From assembly GCA_965243305.1 (NCBI GenBank), contig CBDEUN010000001.1:293652-357651 (forward strand): 64,000 nucleotides of DNA, given 5' to 3'. A program made the translations under genes and the position numbers. Positions 1 through 12,268 of this stretch are shown piece by piece (position 1 is the first letter of the stretch; every line of letters starts with the position of its first letter). This stretch comes from Arenicellales bacterium. Lineage in GTDB: Bacteria > Pseudomonadota > Gammaproteobacteria > Arenicellales > JAJDZL01. Under the pieces are notes generated by a model that saw nothing but the letters and a program-made list of their open reading frames with translations, searched no databases and was not told where the DNA came from.

Positions 1-1
1 A

Positions 2-1801
2 AGAAAGAAGTCGCGCAAATTAGACGATCGTATCACCCAGCACACCTTTCAAACCCCCAGTCAGAAAATCGTTCATTCAGTTTCTATTGCCGATACCAAT
101 GCAATACGGGATTTAGCCCAGGCGATGTCTGTCAAAGCGATCGATGTCATGAAGTATTTGATTGAAGAATTCAATTTACAGGTCACGATCAACGGCTCAA
201 TTGACCGCGATACAGCCACTCTATTGGTTGAAGGTCTTGGACACGTTCCAGTTGAAGAGGAAAGTCAAGACATTGAAGAACAATTGATGGGGCGCGACAG
301 TGATTCTCGCGAGCATCTGCCTCGCCCGCCAGTCGTAGCGGTTATGGGACATGTCGACCACGGTAAAACGACACTTTTGGATAGCATTCGATCGACCAAG
401 GTGGCCGCATCGGAGAAGGGTGGAATAACGCAGCATATCGGTGCCTATATGGTGGAGACTCCCCGCGGCAAGATTACGTTTCTTGATACGCCGGGTCACG
501 AGGCATTTACTGCGATGCGTGTTCGCGGTGCTAAGGCGACCGATATCGTAATATTAGTTGTGGCTGCGGATGATGGTGTAATGCCACAGACGGTAGAAGC
601 CATTAATCATGCCAGAATTGCCGGAGTCCCGATCATTGTGGCAATCAACAAGATCGACAAGAACAACGCTAATCCAGGCAAGATATTGCGCGAACTGACT
701 GAACATAATGTGATTGCGGAATCTTTAGGGGGAGACGTTCAGGTGGTCGAGATATCCGCGCTCAAGAATACCGGAATTGACAACCTGCTAGAGCGTATCC
801 AATTACAGGCGGAACTGATGGATGTACCTTTGACAGCTCCAGTTGAAGGATTAGCCAGCGGCGTCGTAATCGAGGCTCGGGTTGACAAGGGGCGTGGGGC
901 GGTTGTTACGGTTCTTGTGCAGAAAGGCAAACTGACTCCGAAGCAGATTATCGTGGCTGGTGTCCAGAAGGGTAAGATTCGACAACTCACTGATTATCGT
1001 GGAAAGGTCGTCAAAGAAGCCAAACCTTCAACTCCAATTGAAATTTCCGGATTTTCAAAAGTACCCGAAGTGGGTGATGAGTTTATTTGCCCACCCGATG
1101 AACGTTCGGCCAATCAGTTGATTGAATTCAGGTTGTCAGGCAGGTCGACGGGAAATGCAACGCCAATTGAATTTTCATTCGGAGACTCCGACGATCCTAA
1201 AGTAGTTAACGTTCTCGTTAAAGCGGATGTCAGCGGTTCCGCTGAAGCAGTGGCGAATGCCGTGACCAAACTGTCGAATGATCGAATTGAAGTGAAGGTG
1301 ATTCATGCCATGGTGGGTGGTATCAGCCAGTCGGACGTAAATCTGGCCATTGCTGCGAATGCGATGATTGTGGCGTTTAACGTAAGAGCAGAGGCGACCG
1401 CCAAACAGTTAATCAGCACCAACAACATTCAGGTTATCTACAGTTCGATTATTTATGAGGCATTGGATTCCATATTAGCTGCAATCAGGGATAAAGTCGG
1501 TCCTACTTTCATTGAGGAAGTGGTTGCAACTGCCAATGTGCTGGAAGTTTTCAAGTTTTCCAAGATCGGCACGGTTGCTGGCTGTTATGTGGAAGATGGG
1601 ACGGTGCGAAACAAACTTCCGGTACGGGTTGTTCGAGACAATGTCATTATTCACAACGGCCAAATTGATTCGTTGCGACGGTTTCAAAATGATGTCAACG
1701 AAGTGAAAGCGGGCCTGGAGTGCGGCATACAACTGAAGAATTATCACGACATTCATATCGACGATATGCTTGAAGTGTATGAAGCCCGAGAAGCTGTCTG
1801 A
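2..1801 (+). CDS. infB: Translation initiation factor IF-2 (5' end cut by window edge)
   Basis: Frame is open from nt 2, upstream of the first ATG at 125. GTPase motifs [13 protein letters not shown] and NKID are present. The canonical infB-rbfA-truB-rpsO-pnp order follows. Confidence 0.96.
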   Translation, partial: RKKSRKLDDRITQHTFQTPSQKIVHSVSIADTNAIRDLAQAMSVKAIDVMKYLIEEFNLQVTINGSIDRDTATLLVEGLGHVPVEEESQDIEEQLMGRDSDSREHLPRPPVVAVMGHVDHGKTTLLDSIRSTKVAASEKGGITQHIGAYMVETPRGKITFLDTPGHEAFTAMRVRGAKATDIVILVVAADDGVMPQTVEAINHARIAGVPIIVAINKIDKNNANPGKILRELTEHNVIAESLGGDVQVVEISALKNTGIDNLLERIQLQAELMDVPLTAPVEGLASGVVIEARVDKGRGAVVTVLVQKGKLTPKQIIVAGVQKGKIRQLTDYRGKVVKEAKPSTPIEISGFSKVPEVGDEFICPPDERSANQLIEFRLSGRSTGNATPIEFSFGDSDDPKVVNVLVKADVSGSAEAVANAVTKLSNDRIEVKVIHAMVGGISQSDVNLAIAANAMIVAFNVRAEATAKQLISTNNIQVIYSSIIYEALDSILAAIRDKVGPTFIEEVVATANVLEVFKFSKIGTVAGCYVEDGTVRNKLPVRVVRDNVIIHNGQIDSLRRFQNDVNEVKAGLECGIQLKNYHDIHIDDMLEVYEAREAV

Positions 1802-1857
1802 CTTTCGTTTCAAGCGGAAAATTCATATTTCAAATCAACCGGTGTTTCATTCAGGAC

Positions 1858-2244
1858 ATGTCCTCTATTCACTTGAATCAAATTCGACCTGATTCCAGTT
1901 CCAATCGTACTAGGAAAGTAGGGTCAGTAGTGCATCAGGCACTCAGTCAGATTCTTCAAACTAGCATTTCCGATCCGCGAATTTCTCGAACCACAATTAC
2001 TGAAGTGGAATTGTCAAAGGATATGAAGCATGCCCGGGTATTTTTGACGAGTACCGAATCAAGGGATGTACTTCAGGCGAGCGTGGATCACCTCAATCGC
2101 GCGAAATCGTACATACGCCACTGCTTGAGCGATCACCTGGAATTAAAGTACACCCCTGCACTTCGATTCTTTGCCGACGATTTGCCATCGCGCAGTGCCC
2201 GGGTGCTGCAGCTGATTGATGAGACAGCAAAGTTGAGCAAGTAA
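1858..2244 (+). CDS. rbfA: Ribosome-binding factor A
   Basis: 128 aa. RTRKVGSVVHQALSQIL and DPRI...TITEVELSKDMKHARVF match the RbfA pattern. Position is between infB and truB. Confidence 0.9.
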   Translation: MSSIHLNQIRPDSSSNRTRKVGSVVHQALSQILQTSISDPRISRTTITEVELSKDMKHARVFLTSTESRDVLQASVDHLNRAKSYIRHCLSDHLELKYTPALRFFADDLPSRSARVLQLIDETAKLSK

Positions 2245-2249
2245 GCACA

Positions 2250-3167
2250 GTGAACACTACGCAAACAAATATTGACTCTCAGGTGAGTGGGGTTCTACTG
2301 CTGGATAAACCAGGTGGAATGTCTTCCAACGCTGCACTGCATCGAGTCAAGTCCATGCTGCGGATTCGCAAAGCGGGACATACTGGTAGTTTAGATCCGC
2401 TTGCAACAGGATTGTTGCCTATTTGTTTAGGTTCGGCAACCAAAGTCGCAGGTTTTTTTCTGGATGCAGACAAATGTTATCGAACCCGAATCAGACTGGG
2501 TGAATCAACAGACACTGGGGACCGTGATGGGCGGGTGATTGCTGAACGTCCGGTCTCAGTGACTGAACGCCAGCTGAAACATGTTCTGAAGAGTTTTGTA
2601 GGTGAGTCTGATCAGGTACCGCCAATGTATTCAGCGGTCAAACTAAATGGCGAACCCTTGTACAAACTGGCTCGCCAGGGTATTGAAGTTGAACGGTCTG
2701 CGCGTAAAGTCAAAATCTACAGAATTGAGTTGCTGGAATTTGCGCCTCCCGAGTTTGAAATCATACTCAACAGCTCGCGAGGATTTTATGTGAGAGTTTT
2801 GGCTGAAGAAATTGGTGAACAATTAGGCTGTGGTGGACACGTTGTGTCCCTACGCAGACTCGAAGTTGGTCAATTGAGTATCAAAGATAGCAGAACCTTG
2901 GAACAGATTGAGCAGATTGAGCATTTGGAGGAGCGACGCAGATTGATCGTTCCGGGTGACGAGACACTTTCCCATTTGCCGAAAATTGATCTGAGTTTCG
3001 ACGCTGCTTATTACTTGTGCAGAGGTCAAACCGTGCGAGCTGGCAATCTACCACCTGACGGTTTGGTACGTCTGTATGAAAACACTGTGGGGTTCTTGGG
3101 AATTGGAACTTCACTCGGTGACGGCAGAGTCGCACCAAAGCGTCTATTTCACGCATCAGGTGTTTGA
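2250..3167 (+). CDS. truB: tRNA pseudouridine-55 synthase
   Basis: GTG start. GVLLLDKPGGMSS and HTGSLDPLATGLLPICLG (catalytic Asp motif) are present. Synteny supports the call. Confidence 0.95.
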   Translation: MNTTQTNIDSQVSGVLLLDKPGGMSSNAALHRVKSMLRIRKAGHTGSLDPLATGLLPICLGSATKVAGFFLDADKCYRTRIRLGESTDTGDRDGRVIAERPVSVTERQLKHVLKSFVGESDQVPPMYSAVKLNGEPLYKLARQGIEVERSARKVKIYRIELLEFAPPEFEIILNSSRGFYVRVLAEEIGEQLGCGGHVVSLRRLEVGQLSIKDSRTLEQIEQIEHLEERRRLIVPGDETLSHLPKIDLSFDAAYYLCRGQTVRAGNLPPDGLVRLYENTVGFLGIGTSLGDGRVAPKRLFHASGV

Positions 3168-3254
3168 ACTGAAGTATGATATGCAGATTCAGCTTGCCCA
3201 CCTTGCGTTTTCCCATTCACATTCTCTTTTCGTATTTTTATTGAGTACATTCAC

Positions 3255-3524
3255 ATGGCATTATCTGTTGCAGAAAAAGCGAATATAGTCAACGAGTTCC
3301 GACGCAGTGACAGTGATACTGGATCGCCCGAGGTTCAGGTTGCTCTACTGACGGAAAGAATTCGGGGATTGACTGAACATTTTAAGGAACACAAACACGA
3401 TCATCACTCAAGGCAAGGGTTGCTTCGAATGGTGAATCGTCGTCGAAAACTATTAGATTATCTGAAATCTACGGATCCGGAAAGATACCGAGAGTTGATC
3501 TCCAGACTGGGATTAAGGAAGTGA
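3255..3524 (+). CDS. rpsO: 30S ribosomal protein S15
   Basis: 89 aa with [14 protein letters not shown] and [15 protein letters not shown], both typical of S15. It lies immediately upstream of pnp. Confidence 0.97.
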   Translation: MALSVAEKANIVNEFRRSDSDTGSPEVQVALLTERIRGLTEHFKEHKHDHHSRQGLLRMVNRRRKLLDYLKSTDPERYRELISRLGLRK

Positions 3525-3554
3525 TTAATTGAACAACATTTTGGAGAAACATTA

Positions 3555-5645
3555 ATGAGCGACTTTGCGGAAACCAGGTTTCAATATGGAACACACGAAG
3601 TACATCTTGAAACCGGACGAATCGCCCGTCAGGCGACCGGAGCCGTTGTGGCCAGTATGGGAGACACATCAGTACTGGTTACACTAGTAGCAGAAACTGA
3701 ACCAAAGGATTTTAATTTTCTGCCGCTGACAGTAGAATACGAAGAACGTACTTATGCCGCCGGAAGAATTCCCGGCGGTTTTTTTAAGCGTGAAGGAAGA
3801 CCTTCAGAGAAAGCTGTTTTAACCTGCAGATTAATTGATCGCCCTTTGCGACCGTTGTTTCCGAAAGGTTTTTACCATGAAATACAAATCATCGCAACCA
3901 TCATGTCAGTTGATCCGAATATTGATCCTGACATCATTGCAATGCTTGGTGCTTCGGCTGCAGTAAAGATTTCTGGCGTTCCATTTAATGGTACTTTAGC
4001 CGGTACCCGGGTCGGATTCGTTGATGGTGAATATGTTCTGAATCCATCATCTGATATTTTGCAGAACGAATCGAAACTTGATCTTGTAGTGGCCGGTACC
4101 CGGGATGCAGTCTTGATGGTCGAATCCGAAGCGAAGTGTCTTTCGGAAGATCAAATGCTGGGTGCGGTGATGTTTGGACATCAGCAGATGCAAGTTGCCA
4201 TTGACGCAATTTCCGATCTTGCTGAAAGAGCGGGTAAACCCAAATGGGACTTTCAACCGCTGGAACCTAACTCTCAACTGGTTGACAGGATTAACGAGTT
4301 GGCACGTACGGAAATCGAAAATGCTTACAAGATTGCAGAAAAGCAGGAGCGGCACGACCAACTTTCAGCAATCAAGTCAAAGGCTCGTGAAACTATTACA
4401 GAAGAGCTTGGTGAAGAGATTGCTGAACAAGCACAGGATGAACTGAAGCAACTCGAATCAGACATCGTACGAGGTCGAATACTGGCCGGTGAGTCGAGAA
4501 TTGATGGGCGCGACACGAAAACTGTACGGCCGATTGATATTCGAACACAGGTATTTCCCAGAACTCACGGCTCTGCAGCTTTTACTCGGGGTGAGACGCA
4601 AGCGTTGGTCATTACAACACTGGGCACCGAGCGAGATGCACAAATCATTGATGCACTGGAAGGCGAACACCGCGATCCGTTTCTGCTGCACTATAACTTT
4701 CCCCCATTCTGCGTTGGTGAAACCGGCCGTGTCGGATCACCAAAACGCAGAGAAATTGGCCACGGCAGACTAGCCAAGCGCGCTATTGCTGCGGTGTTAC
4801 CGGAAAGGGAAAGTTGTCCTTATGTCATTCGAGTTGTTTCAGAAATTACCGAATCGAATGGATCAAGTTCCATGGCAACCGTGTGTGGCACAAGCCTGTC
4901 ACTCATGGACGCCGGTGTCAGGATATCGGCACCTGTTTCCGGAGTAGCAATGGGTCTGATTAAGGATGGTGACAACTTCAAAATTCTAACAGACATATTG
5001 GGTGATGAAGATCATTTAGGCGATATGGACTTTAAGGTCGCAGGAACCGAAGATGGGATCACTGCGCTTCAGATGGATATCAAAATCGATGGCATCACAG
5101 AAACCATCATGGATGCTGCCTTGGAACAGGCCAAGGAGGCTCGTCTTCATGTGCTACAGGAAATGAGTAAAGCGCTGGCAGAACCGCGTGAAGAGATCTC
5201 TGAGTTTGCGCCGCGTATTATCACGATGAAAATCAGTCCAAGCAAGATTCGGGACGTGATCGGAAAAGGCGGAGCCACAATTCGAGCATTGTCCGAAGAG
5301 ACCGGTGCAACGATTGATGTATCTGATGAAGGAGTCATCAACATTGCTTCAATTGACAAATCCGGCGGTGAAGCGGCTAAGGAAAGGATTAAGGAGATCA
5401 CCTCGGATGTTGAGGTCGGTAAGATCTACGAAGGGGCGGTCGTGAAACTAATGGATTTTGGCGCTTTTGTGAACGTCCTTCCTGGCCGAGATGGACTGGT
5501 ACACATCTCTCAAATTTCCAAACGTCGGGTCAATCAGGTGTCCGACGTGCTTAAAGAAGGCGATGTGGTTAAAGTGAAGGTTCTGGAGATTGATAAACAG
5601 GGTCGCATCCGCCTTAGCATGAAAGCTATCGACCAGGCCGCCTGA
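3555..5645 (+). CDS. pnp: Polyribonucleotide nucleotidyltransferase (PNPase)
   Basis: 696 aa. Duplicated RNase PH core, KH-like [10 protein letters not shown] and S1-like [18 protein letters not shown] at the C-terminus. Confidence 0.97.
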   Translation: MSDFAETRFQYGTHEVHLETGRIARQATGAVVASMGDTSVLVTLVAETEPKDFNFLPLTVEYEERTYAAGRIPGGFFKREGRPSEKAVLTCRLIDRPLRPLFPKGFYHEIQIIATIMSVDPNIDPDIIAMLGASAAVKISGVPFNGTLAGTRVGFVDGEYVLNPSSDILQNESKLDLVVAGTRDAVLMVESEAKCLSEDQMLGAVMFGHQQMQVAIDAISDLAERAGKPKWDFQPLEPNSQLVDRINELARTEIENAYKIAEKQERHDQLSAIKSKARETITEELGEEIAEQAQDELKQLESDIVRGRILAGESRIDGRDTKTVRPIDIRTQVFPRTHGSAAFTRGETQALVITTLGTERDAQIIDALEGEHRDPFLLHYNFPPFCVGETGRVGSPKRREIGHGRLAKRAIAAVLPERESCPYVIRVVSEITESNGSSSMATVCGTSLSLMDAGVRISAPVSGVAMGLIKDGDNFKILTDILGDEDHLGDMDFKVAGTEDGITALQMDIKIDGITETIMDAALEQAKEARLHVLQEMSKALAEPREEISEFAPRIITMKISPSKIRDVIGKGGATIRALSEETGATIDVSDEGVINIASIDKSGGEAAKERIKEITSDVEVGKIYEGAVVKLMDFGAFVNVLPGRDGLVHISQISKRRVNQVSDVLKEGDVVKVKVLEIDKQGRIRLSMKAIDQAA

Positions 5646-5674
5646 CAGGTCAAGTCTCTGGCCCAAAATTTGGC

Positions 5675-6127
5675 ATGAGAGTGCTGATTCAACGGGTGCG
5701 GAGTGCTTCGGTTTCTGTATACGGTGAGCGTATAGGGTCAATTGGAAATGGCGCGTTGCTGTTTGTTGGGTTTACTCACCGCGATAGCGAGAAAACCGTT
5801 ACCGAGCTAGCCTCAAAAACTGTAAATCTTCGAATATTTCCGGATGAGCAGGGACGTCTACAGCACTCGCTGATCGATGTCGGCGGAGAGATTCTCGCCG
5901 TTCCTCAATTTACCCTGTATGCGTCGACTAACCGTGGTCGACGCCCGGACTTTACGCATGCACTGGCTCCAGATCAAGCGAGTGATCTTTTTGACAAATT
6001 TGTATTTGCTCTGGATCGAGTCGCCAATAGACCCATTGCTACAGGTAATTTTGGTGCCGATATGAAAGTGAACTTGGAAAACGATGGACCGTTCACCGTT
6101 ATGTTGGCTAGGGAACCGACTGATTGA
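5675..6127 (+). CDS. dtd: D-aminoacyl-tRNA deacylase
   Basis: 150 aa. N-terminal MRVLIQRV and C-terminal NDGPFTV are typical of Dtd. Confidence 0.9.
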   Translation: MRVLIQRVRSASVSVYGERIGSIGNGALLFVGFTHRDSEKTVTELASKTVNLRIFPDEQGRLQHSLIDVGGEILAVPQFTLYASTNRGRRPDFTHALAPDQASDLFDKFVFALDRVANRPIATGNFGADMKVNLENDGPFTVMLAREPTD

Positions 6128-6133
6128 TAGATG

Positions 6134-7465
6134 TTATTCGCTGGAGAATCTCAGCGCTTCGCCTCTGACATTCTCACAGATTTTCCCATCAGTAAATGCA
6201 ATTTGCCCGTTCACGATTGTCCAGACCGGCCAGCCGGTTAGTTCTCTACCCGAGAATGGATTCCAGCGCACTTTGGTGAACATTTCTGCATCACGAACAG
6301 GCCGATAGTCATCGACGTTGACGATCGCCAGGTCAGCGTGGCAGCCTTCACTCAGATTTCCCCTGTCCATGATTCCGTAAGCTTCGACTGGGCCCCAGCA
6401 CATCCATTTCAAGACTTCAGCCAGTGTGCATCGGCCGGATTTCCACGCGGTCAAAATCAAAGGCAAAGAGGTTTCTACGCCAGGCATTCCTGAAGGTGAG
6501 TGGGGGTAGGGTTGGGATTTTTCTTCCAGGGTATGAGGTGCATGGTCCGTTGCGATAAAGTCAATGGTTCCATCCTTTAGTCCTGCCCACAACTCGTCCT
6601 GATCTTCCTGGGTTCTGATCGGTGGATTTATTTGCACCCGACTACCGTCGATTTGGTAGTCTTCCTCAGTTAGAAACAGATGATTCGGTGTACACTCAAC
6701 CGTGATCTTATCTGTTTTTTCCTGTCTCAAATATTTCACTTCTTTTGCCGAGGTCAGGTGAAGAATGTGAAGTCGACGCTTAAAACTTTGTGACAATTCC
6801 GTTGCTTGCCGGGTAGCAATCAAAGCGCATTCATCGTCGCGAATTCGTGTGTGGATTCGCAAATCAGAAAGATCGGCATCACTGTCAAGTAGTAAATTTG
6901 TTCGCTCACGCATACGAGTTTCGTCCTCTGCATGAACCGCAATCAACCGCTTACCATTTTTAAAAATTCTTTCGAGGTCGGAGTGTTTATGAACTAACAG
7001 ATCACCAGTACTGGATCCCATGAAAATTTTGATTCCACAGACGGGAGTAGTTGTATTGATTGCATCAAGATTGTTGGGTGTAGCACCGATAAAGAACCCA
7101 TAGTTGGCTACACAGTTTTGAGCCGCTTGATCCAGTTTCCGATCAAGCGCTTTCTGATCAATCGTCGGCGGTTGTGTATTTGGCATTTCGAGAAAGCTCG
7201 TAACCCCGCCTGCCACTGCAGCGCGAGATCCCGAACCAAGGTCTTCCTTATGGGTATTCCCGGGGTCGCGAAAATGAACCTGAGCGTCAACGGCTCCAGG
7301 CAGAACCAAGTGTCCGGAGGCGTCTATTTGATCGACAGCGTTCTCGTCGATCGTTGGACTAATTTTGACAATTAGACCGTTTTTACACGCGATATCAGAA
7401 TTGAATGTGGAGCCGTCTCTTCGAGAAACCCGTCCATTGCGTATGATCAGATCGAATTTTTGCAC
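6134..7465 (-). CDS. Dihydroorotase-like cyclic amidohydrolase (long, ~440-aa type)
   Basis: Amidohydrolase ligand motifs are present: DAQVHFRDPG, KIFMG (carbamyl-Lys position), AVHAED, HILHLTS and ATDHAPH. The first His of the HxH motif is Gln. Confidence 0.75.
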   Translation of the reverse strand: MQKFDLIIRNGRVSRRDGSTFNSDIACKNGLIVKISPTIDENAVDQIDASGHLVLPGAVDAQVHFRDPGNTHKEDLGSGSRAAVAGGVTSFLEMPNTQPPTIDQKALDRKLDQAAQNCVANYGFFIGATPNNLDAINTTTPVCGIKIFMGSSTGDLLVHKHSDLERIFKNGKRLIAVHAEDETRMRERTNLLLDSDADLSDLRIHTRIRDDECALIATRQATELSQSFKRRLHILHLTSAKEVKYLRQEKTDKITVECTPNHLFLTEEDYQIDGSRVQINPPIRTQEDQDELWAGLKDGTIDFIATDHAPHTLEEKSQPYPHSPSGMPGVETSLPLILTAWKSGRCTLAEVLKWMCWGPVEAYGIMDRGNLSEGCHADLAIVNVDDYRPVRDAEMFTKVRWNPFSGRELTGWPVWTIVNGQIAFTDGKICENVRGEALRFSSE

Positions 7466-7827
7466 TGCTTTGACTCCTGATAATTAGGTGTAATGGGAAA
7501 AATGTTGGTTCTTTGAGTCTTGGGACGTCGGATGGCGGAATGAAAGATTCTAGCCACCAGACAGTAAAGATCTACTATTTCATTTGCTGGAACATTGACT
7601 GTGAACGCAGTCTAACTGCATGAAGAATTTTCTAGAAATTCAGATTCTTGTTTCAGAACTGGCAGAAATTTAATACAGCTTGAATCCCTTGAAAATCACA
7701 ATGTTATGTCGACTACAGTCCGTCTAATATAATTGATGAGTACACTTTAAACGGGGCTGAATGGAGTGATTTCAACCGTATTGTTCTCAGACAGTCCTAG
7801 AGTATTTCCAGTCAATAAATCAACACC

Positions 7828-8511
7828 ATGGAACCCACTCCTCGCTTCCTTGCTTCGGAGGCAATTAAAGGCAATCGCTCTACACAAATTAAAGTTTGTG
7901 GGATAACGCGTATTGAGGATGCATTATTTGCAGTACAGTGTGGGGTGGAGGCAATCGGCCTGATATTCTATCCACCTAGTGGCAGGAACCTTAGTAGTAC
8001 CAAAGCGAAGAGGATTCGTGAAAGCTTGCCGTCCGATGTTACGTCAATTGCAGTAGTTGTTAATCCTGACGACGATCTACTTGATGCCATCGTGCAGGAT
8101 GTTCGACCGACTTTCATTCAGTTTCATGGAGAAGAGCCGCAAAGTCGTTGCCGCGAACCGGGTATTCCGTTTATTAAAGCTGTTCGAGTCAGGAGCGTTG
8201 AGCAGGTTAGGCAAGCGGTGGATTCCTACTCGGAGGCGAGTGGACTGCTGCTTGATGCCTACGTTAAAGATAAAGTAGGTGGAACCGGAAAAACATTTTC
8301 CTGGAACTACGTGCCACAGGTTGAGAAACCTGTCATATTGGCTGGCGGACTCCACAGCAAGAACATTGCAAAAGCCATCAAAAAACTTCAACCAACTGCG
8401 GTTGATGTCAGTACTGGAGTTGAGTTTAGTGAAGGCATAAAGAATCCAGCAGCAATTCGCGAATTCGTTGATGCTGTTCAGGCTGCTGATCGAGCGACAT
8501 ATGCAAATTAG
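7828..8511 (+). CDS. trpF: N-(5'-phosphoribosyl)anthranilate isomerase
   Basis: 227 aa. IKVCGITRIEDA opens the TIM barrel. Position upstream of accD matches Pseudomonadales. Confidence 0.88.
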   Translation: MEPTPRFLASEAIKGNRSTQIKVCGITRIEDALFAVQCGVEAIGLIFYPPSGRNLSSTKAKRIRESLPSDVTSIAVVVNPDDDLLDAIVQDVRPTFIQFHGEEPQSRCREPGIPFIKAVRVRSVEQVRQAVDSYSEASGLLLDAYVKDKVGGTGKTFSWNYVPQVEKPVILAGGLHSKNIAKAIKKLQPTAVDVSTGVEFSEGIKNPAAIREFVDAVQAADRATYAN

Positions 8512-8532
8512 TTCAATTGTCCAAATTGATTA

Positions 8533-9414
8533 ATGAACTGGTTTACTGACTTATTGCCCCCAAAAATCAAATCAGGGGGGCGCTTGTCCAAAAAAGGGGT
8601 GCCTGAAGGCATCTGGGTTAAATGTCCGGAGTGTACTGCAGTACTGTACCAGGTTGAACTGGAACAGAATCTAAACGTCTGTCCCAAATGCGACCACCAC
8701 ATGCGAATTAATGCAATCAAGCGGATCGAATCTTTTCTCGATGAAGGGACTGCCAAACCATTGGACGGCGAAGTCAAACCGGTGGATAAATTGAAGTTTC
8801 GCGATCGGAAAAAATATAAGGACAGGCTTTCCGAGGCGCAAAAAAAGACGGGGCACTATGATGCGCTGGCTGTCTATTCGGGGGAACTGAAGGAAATGCC
8901 GATCATTGTTTCCGCATTTGATTTTGAATTTCTGGGTGGCTCCATGGGGTCTGTTGTTGGCGAGCGGTTTGTACATGGCGTCGACGCGAGTGTTGAAACC
9001 CGTTCACCATTTGTATGTTTTTCTGCGAGTGGTGGCGCAAGAATGCAGGAATCAATGTTTTCGCTGATGCAGATGGCCAAAACCACAGCGGCTGTGGATC
9101 GATTGAACTCAGAGAAATTACCTTATATTTCTGTATTGACTGATCCGACTATGGGTGGCGTGTCCGCCAGCTTCGCAATGTTGGGCGACATCATCATTGC
9201 AGAACCAAAAGCACTGATAGGATTTGCCGGTCGACGGGTTGTTGAACAAACGGTACGCGAATCCCTGCCGGATGATTTTCAGCGAGCGGAATTCCATCTT
9301 GAACACGGTGCGCTTGATATGGTCGTCGACAGAAGGAGACTCCGAGAGCACATCCACTCATTACTAGCGATTTTAACGCCGTATCGTGGTAATTCGAGAA
9401 GTCATGCAATCTAA
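8533..9414 (+). CDS. accD: Acetyl-CoA carboxylase carboxyltransferase beta subunit
   Basis: N-terminal Zn ribbon CPEC...CPKCDHH. Carboxyltransferase motifs GGSMG and SGGARMQE. Confidence 0.95.
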   Translation: MNWFTDLLPPKIKSGGRLSKKGVPEGIWVKCPECTAVLYQVELEQNLNVCPKCDHHMRINAIKRIESFLDEGTAKPLDGEVKPVDKLKFRDRKKYKDRLSEAQKKTGHYDALAVYSGELKEMPIIVSAFDFEFLGGSMGSVVGERFVHGVDASVETRSPFVCFSASGGARMQESMFSLMQMAKTTAAVDRLNSEKLPYISVLTDPTMGGVSASFAMLGDIIIAEPKALIGFAGRRVVEQTVRESLPDDFQRAEFHLEHGALDMVVDRRRLREHIHSLLAILTPYRGNSRSHAI

Positions 9415-10768
9415 GCAACACTTACCCCGACCTGAATCGAGCGTCATCAATCTGCAGCTGGGTGCAGAGCACAAATCGCGGGATCTGGACAATTGGATTA
9501 ACTATATCCAAAGGTTGCATTATCGGACGATGGACCTGACTCTCGATCGTGTGCGAACTGTAATTGACCGCATCACCGGAAAAAATATTCCCTTTCGGGT
9601 GATCAGCGTTGCTGGCACCAATGGAAAGGGATCAGTCGCACATATGGTCGAATCAATATTCAGACATGCGGGTTATTCAACTGGACTTTATACCTCACCC
9701 CATCTAGTTGATTTTAATGAGAGATTTGTTGTTGATGGAAAGCAGATTTCTAATGCCGATGTTTTGAAGGCGTTTCAGCGAGTCGAAGCCTGTCGAGGCG
9801 AGGTGCCGCTAACATTTTTTGAGTATGGCACTGCAATTGCAGTCGATTATTTCATTCAAAGAAATGTCGATGTGGCAGTTTTTGAAGTTGGGCTCGGTGG
9901 ACGTAAGGATGCAGTGAACATCATGGAAGCCGATATTGCCTGCATTACTTCAATTGGCACAGATCACGAAAAGTGGTTGGGCAGCACGCGAGAGCAGATT
10001 GGCTACGAAAAAGCCGGTATATTGCGCACTGATCAGTTAGCCGTGTGTACAGACTCAGATTTACCGCAATCAGTTCGAAAAACAGCCGAAGAGCTTTCGC
10101 TAAAACTGCATGTGATTGGCGAAGACTTTACTTCTGAATTCAAATGGGACCGATGGTCGGTACGCTTGCGGTTGCAAGACGTGCAGGTTGAACTTTCAGA
10201 TATTCCAAAACCGCCTATATCCGGAAGATGTCAGAAGGACAATGCCACTGGCGCTGCGGCTATCGCTTTACTTGCTCGACAAATGTTCGATTTGCCAGAT
10301 AACGCCATTCGAAGCGGAATTGAAGCGACTCGGATTCATGGTCGATTGCAAGTTGTTCAGGAATCTCCGCAGGTATTGCTTGACGTCGCACACAACATCG
10401 AGTCAATACGCGAAATGGCAGACTACCTGGACAGGCATCCGGTAGGCGGGAAGAACATAGCGTTGATGTCGGTGTTGTCTGAGAAACCGATTGAATTGAT
10501 GAGCGAGGCCATAGCACATGTATTCGACGAGTGGCATTTGTGTGGAATTCATGATGAACGGGGCATCACCGCAAGACAACTCCATCGGCGCGTGCAACCG
10601 GTGCTATCCGAAAACTGTTCAATCGAGCTCCATTTTGATGTGAGATCAGGATTTGAATCGATATTATCCCGAGTTTCAGCAAGTGATCGAATCGTGGTAT
10701 TCGGTTCCTTTCTGACTGTCGGTGAAGTGATGCAGCGGTATCGGGACCAGGAACCAGGGAAGTTATGA
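9404..10768 (+). CDS. folC: Folylpolyglutamate synthase / dihydrofolate synthase
   Basis: Mur-ligase P-loop VAGTNGKGS. The ORF opens at 9386; I chose ATG 9404, which overlaps the accD stop. accD-folC synteny supports the call. Confidence 0.9.
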   Translation: MQSKQHLPRPESSVINLQLGAEHKSRDLDNWINYIQRLHYRTMDLTLDRVRTVIDRITGKNIPFRVISVAGTNGKGSVAHMVESIFRHAGYSTGLYTSPHLVDFNERFVVDGKQISNADVLKAFQRVEACRGEVPLTFFEYGTAIAVDYFIQRNVDVAVFEVGLGGRKDAVNIMEADIACITSIGTDHEKWLGSTREQIGYEKAGILRTDQLAVCTDSDLPQSVRKTAEELSLKLHVIGEDFTSEFKWDRWSVRLRLQDVQVELSDIPKPPISGRCQKDNATGAAAIALLARQMFDLPDNAIRSGIEATRIHGRLQVVQESPQVLLDVAHNIESIREMADYLDRHPVGGKNIALMSVLSEKPIELMSEAIAHVFDEWHLCGIHDERGITARQLHRRVQPVLSENCSIELHFDVRSGFESILSRVSASDRIVVFGSFLTVGEVMQRYRDQEPGKL

Positions 10769-11541
10769 ACAAGCGCCTCAGCCGACTGCGTGAGCCAAAG
10801 TCGAACCCTTGGCATATGCTAACGGGTATGTTGATCTGGGGTGTTTTCGGATATCTCGTGATTTTCAAAGTTTTGAATTTCTCTGAAGATAACAGCCAAC
10901 TTCCAGTCTCTCAAATGACTGCAAATATAGCGGTCTCGACCGCACAGTACGAAAATTCACCTGCCAAGGCCGTTGGTTTCAATTCATCATCGATTGATAA
11001 TGTGTCATTAGCTCCTGGTTGGTATATCCATGTGGGTTCTTACCAGAGTAAGATAGAAACTGAAGTTGAACGCCTTAAGTATCTGCGTTTACAAGAACCC
11101 GTTCAGATTGAAGTTAGTGCCGATCAGTTATTGCATATGTTTATCGGTCCGTACCTTTCTCAGTCGGAAACTACTCGTGCCAAAGACAAGATTGAAGCTG
11201 AGTTGGGTGTGAAGCATGTGACGATCAGACAGATCGGCGAGTCACACAGTGTTGCCACAGTCGACACGAATCAGCCGGAATCAGCAAAATCCTTGAAACC
11301 TACTGTTCCGGTGGGAACTTGGTATATACAGGTCGGAGCATTTGAAATTGCTGAAAATGCGCAAAAACTCGGTAACGAGATACGAACTCGGAATCTGCCA
11401 TACAAAATAGAACCCGCCAATGGATTGATCAGAGTTTTGGTGGGTCCTTATTCTTCAAAAGAAAAAGCAAATGAAGCATTGCCAGACTTAACGAAAGCGC
11501 TTTCCTTGGGTACCGTCATCGTGCGTCAGCTCGAAGGTTAG
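10765..11541 (+). CDS. SPOR-domain cell-division protein (DedD-position)
   Basis: ATGA overlap with the folC stop. One N-terminal TM helix and two SPOR-like repeats (GWYIHVGSY..., GTWYIQVGAF...). It occupies the dedD slot in folC-dedD-cvpA-purF. Confidence 0.8.
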   Translation: MNKRLSRLREPKSNPWHMLTGMLIWGVFGYLVIFKVLNFSEDNSQLPVSQMTANIAVSTAQYENSPAKAVGFNSSSIDNVSLAPGWYIHVGSYQSKIETEVERLKYLRLQEPVQIEVSADQLLHMFIGPYLSQSETTRAKDKIEAELGVKHVTIRQIGESHSVATVDTNQPESAKSLKPTVPVGTWYIQVGAFEIAENAQKLGNEIRTRNLPYKIEPANGLIRVLVGPYSSKEKANEALPDLTKALSLGTVIVRQLEG

Positions 11542-11692
11542 CTGATATTCAACAAGCAGGCAATTTGGATGAGCGATCAGTCAGATATTTTTTCAACGCT
11601 CCAGCTCATATCGGTTATTATGAAACAGGTAACGCAGTTTGGTTTGCGGTGCGCGTATCTGTCTCTACACAAACTGAATTAGTTTAAATCTG

Positions 11693-12190
11693 TTGTCTCC
11701 TCTCGTCATTGACATCGGCTGCGTTGTTGTCATTTTTATTTCGCTGTTGATAGGCTATTTCAGGGGCTTTATTCAGTCCTTTTTATCTGTACTGTCTTGG
11801 GTATTTGCCGCGTGGGGTACTTGGACGTATGCCGACCTGGTCATCCCTTATCTTTCAGATTACAATCTCGATCCTGCTTTGCAGGTGATCGCTGCAAATC
11901 TAATTCTGTTTTTTGCACTACTGTTAATTGCTACTATAGTAAGTGTCGTACTGGCGCGTCTGATTGTTGTTCAACACATCGTTGGAATTGATCGGACTCT
12001 AGGTGCTGCGTTCGGCATTGTTCGAGGCCTTGTCATTGTGCTCGTGTTGGCGGTAGTCAGTACATTTGCATTTATTCCAGATGCATCGTGGTGGCAGAAT
12101 TCGGTCGCATTAGCACTGCTTGAACCCTATGTTGTACAGATGCGAGAACTTGTAGATCCATTTCTGACACCAGAATTATTGACCAGTTAA
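11693..12190 (+). CDS. cvpA: Colicin V production membrane protein CvpA
   Basis: 165 aa and about 4 TM helices, with YFRGFIQSFLSVLSW near the N-terminus. Position is directly upstream of purF. Confidence 0.85.
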   Translation: MSPLVIDIGCVVVIFISLLIGYFRGFIQSFLSVLSWVFAAWGTWTYADLVIPYLSDYNLDPALQVIAANLILFFALLLIATIVSVVLARLIVVQHIVGIDRTLGAAFGIVRGLVIVLVLAVVSTFAFIPDASWWQNSVALALLEPYVVQMRELVDPFLTPELLTS

Positions 12191-12268
12191 GACCATTACG
12201 TTATTTTTTACGATTCCCAAACCATGATCGGAAAATATCAATGTTTAGCATTGAGGGCAGGTTAGAGT

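Noticed and set aside
3076-3288. 70-aa ORF spanning the truB-rpsO gap
   Set aside because: It overlaps both the truB 3' end and the rpsO 5' end out of frame, and has a low-complexity translation.
7292-7306. Gln replacing the first His of the HxH metal motif (DAQVHFRDPG) in the dihydroorotase-like protein
   Set aside because: All other ligands are intact. As far as I recall, D-x-QVHFR-x-PG is the normal signature of one long DHOase subfamily, so this is probably not a degenerate enzyme. An alignment would be needed to confirm.
7828-9414. trpF directly followed by accD, without trpB/trpA
   Set aside because: This is the ordinary arrangement in Pseudomonas-like gammaproteobacteria (trpF-accD-folC-SPOR-cvpA-purF). 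It is not a deletion.
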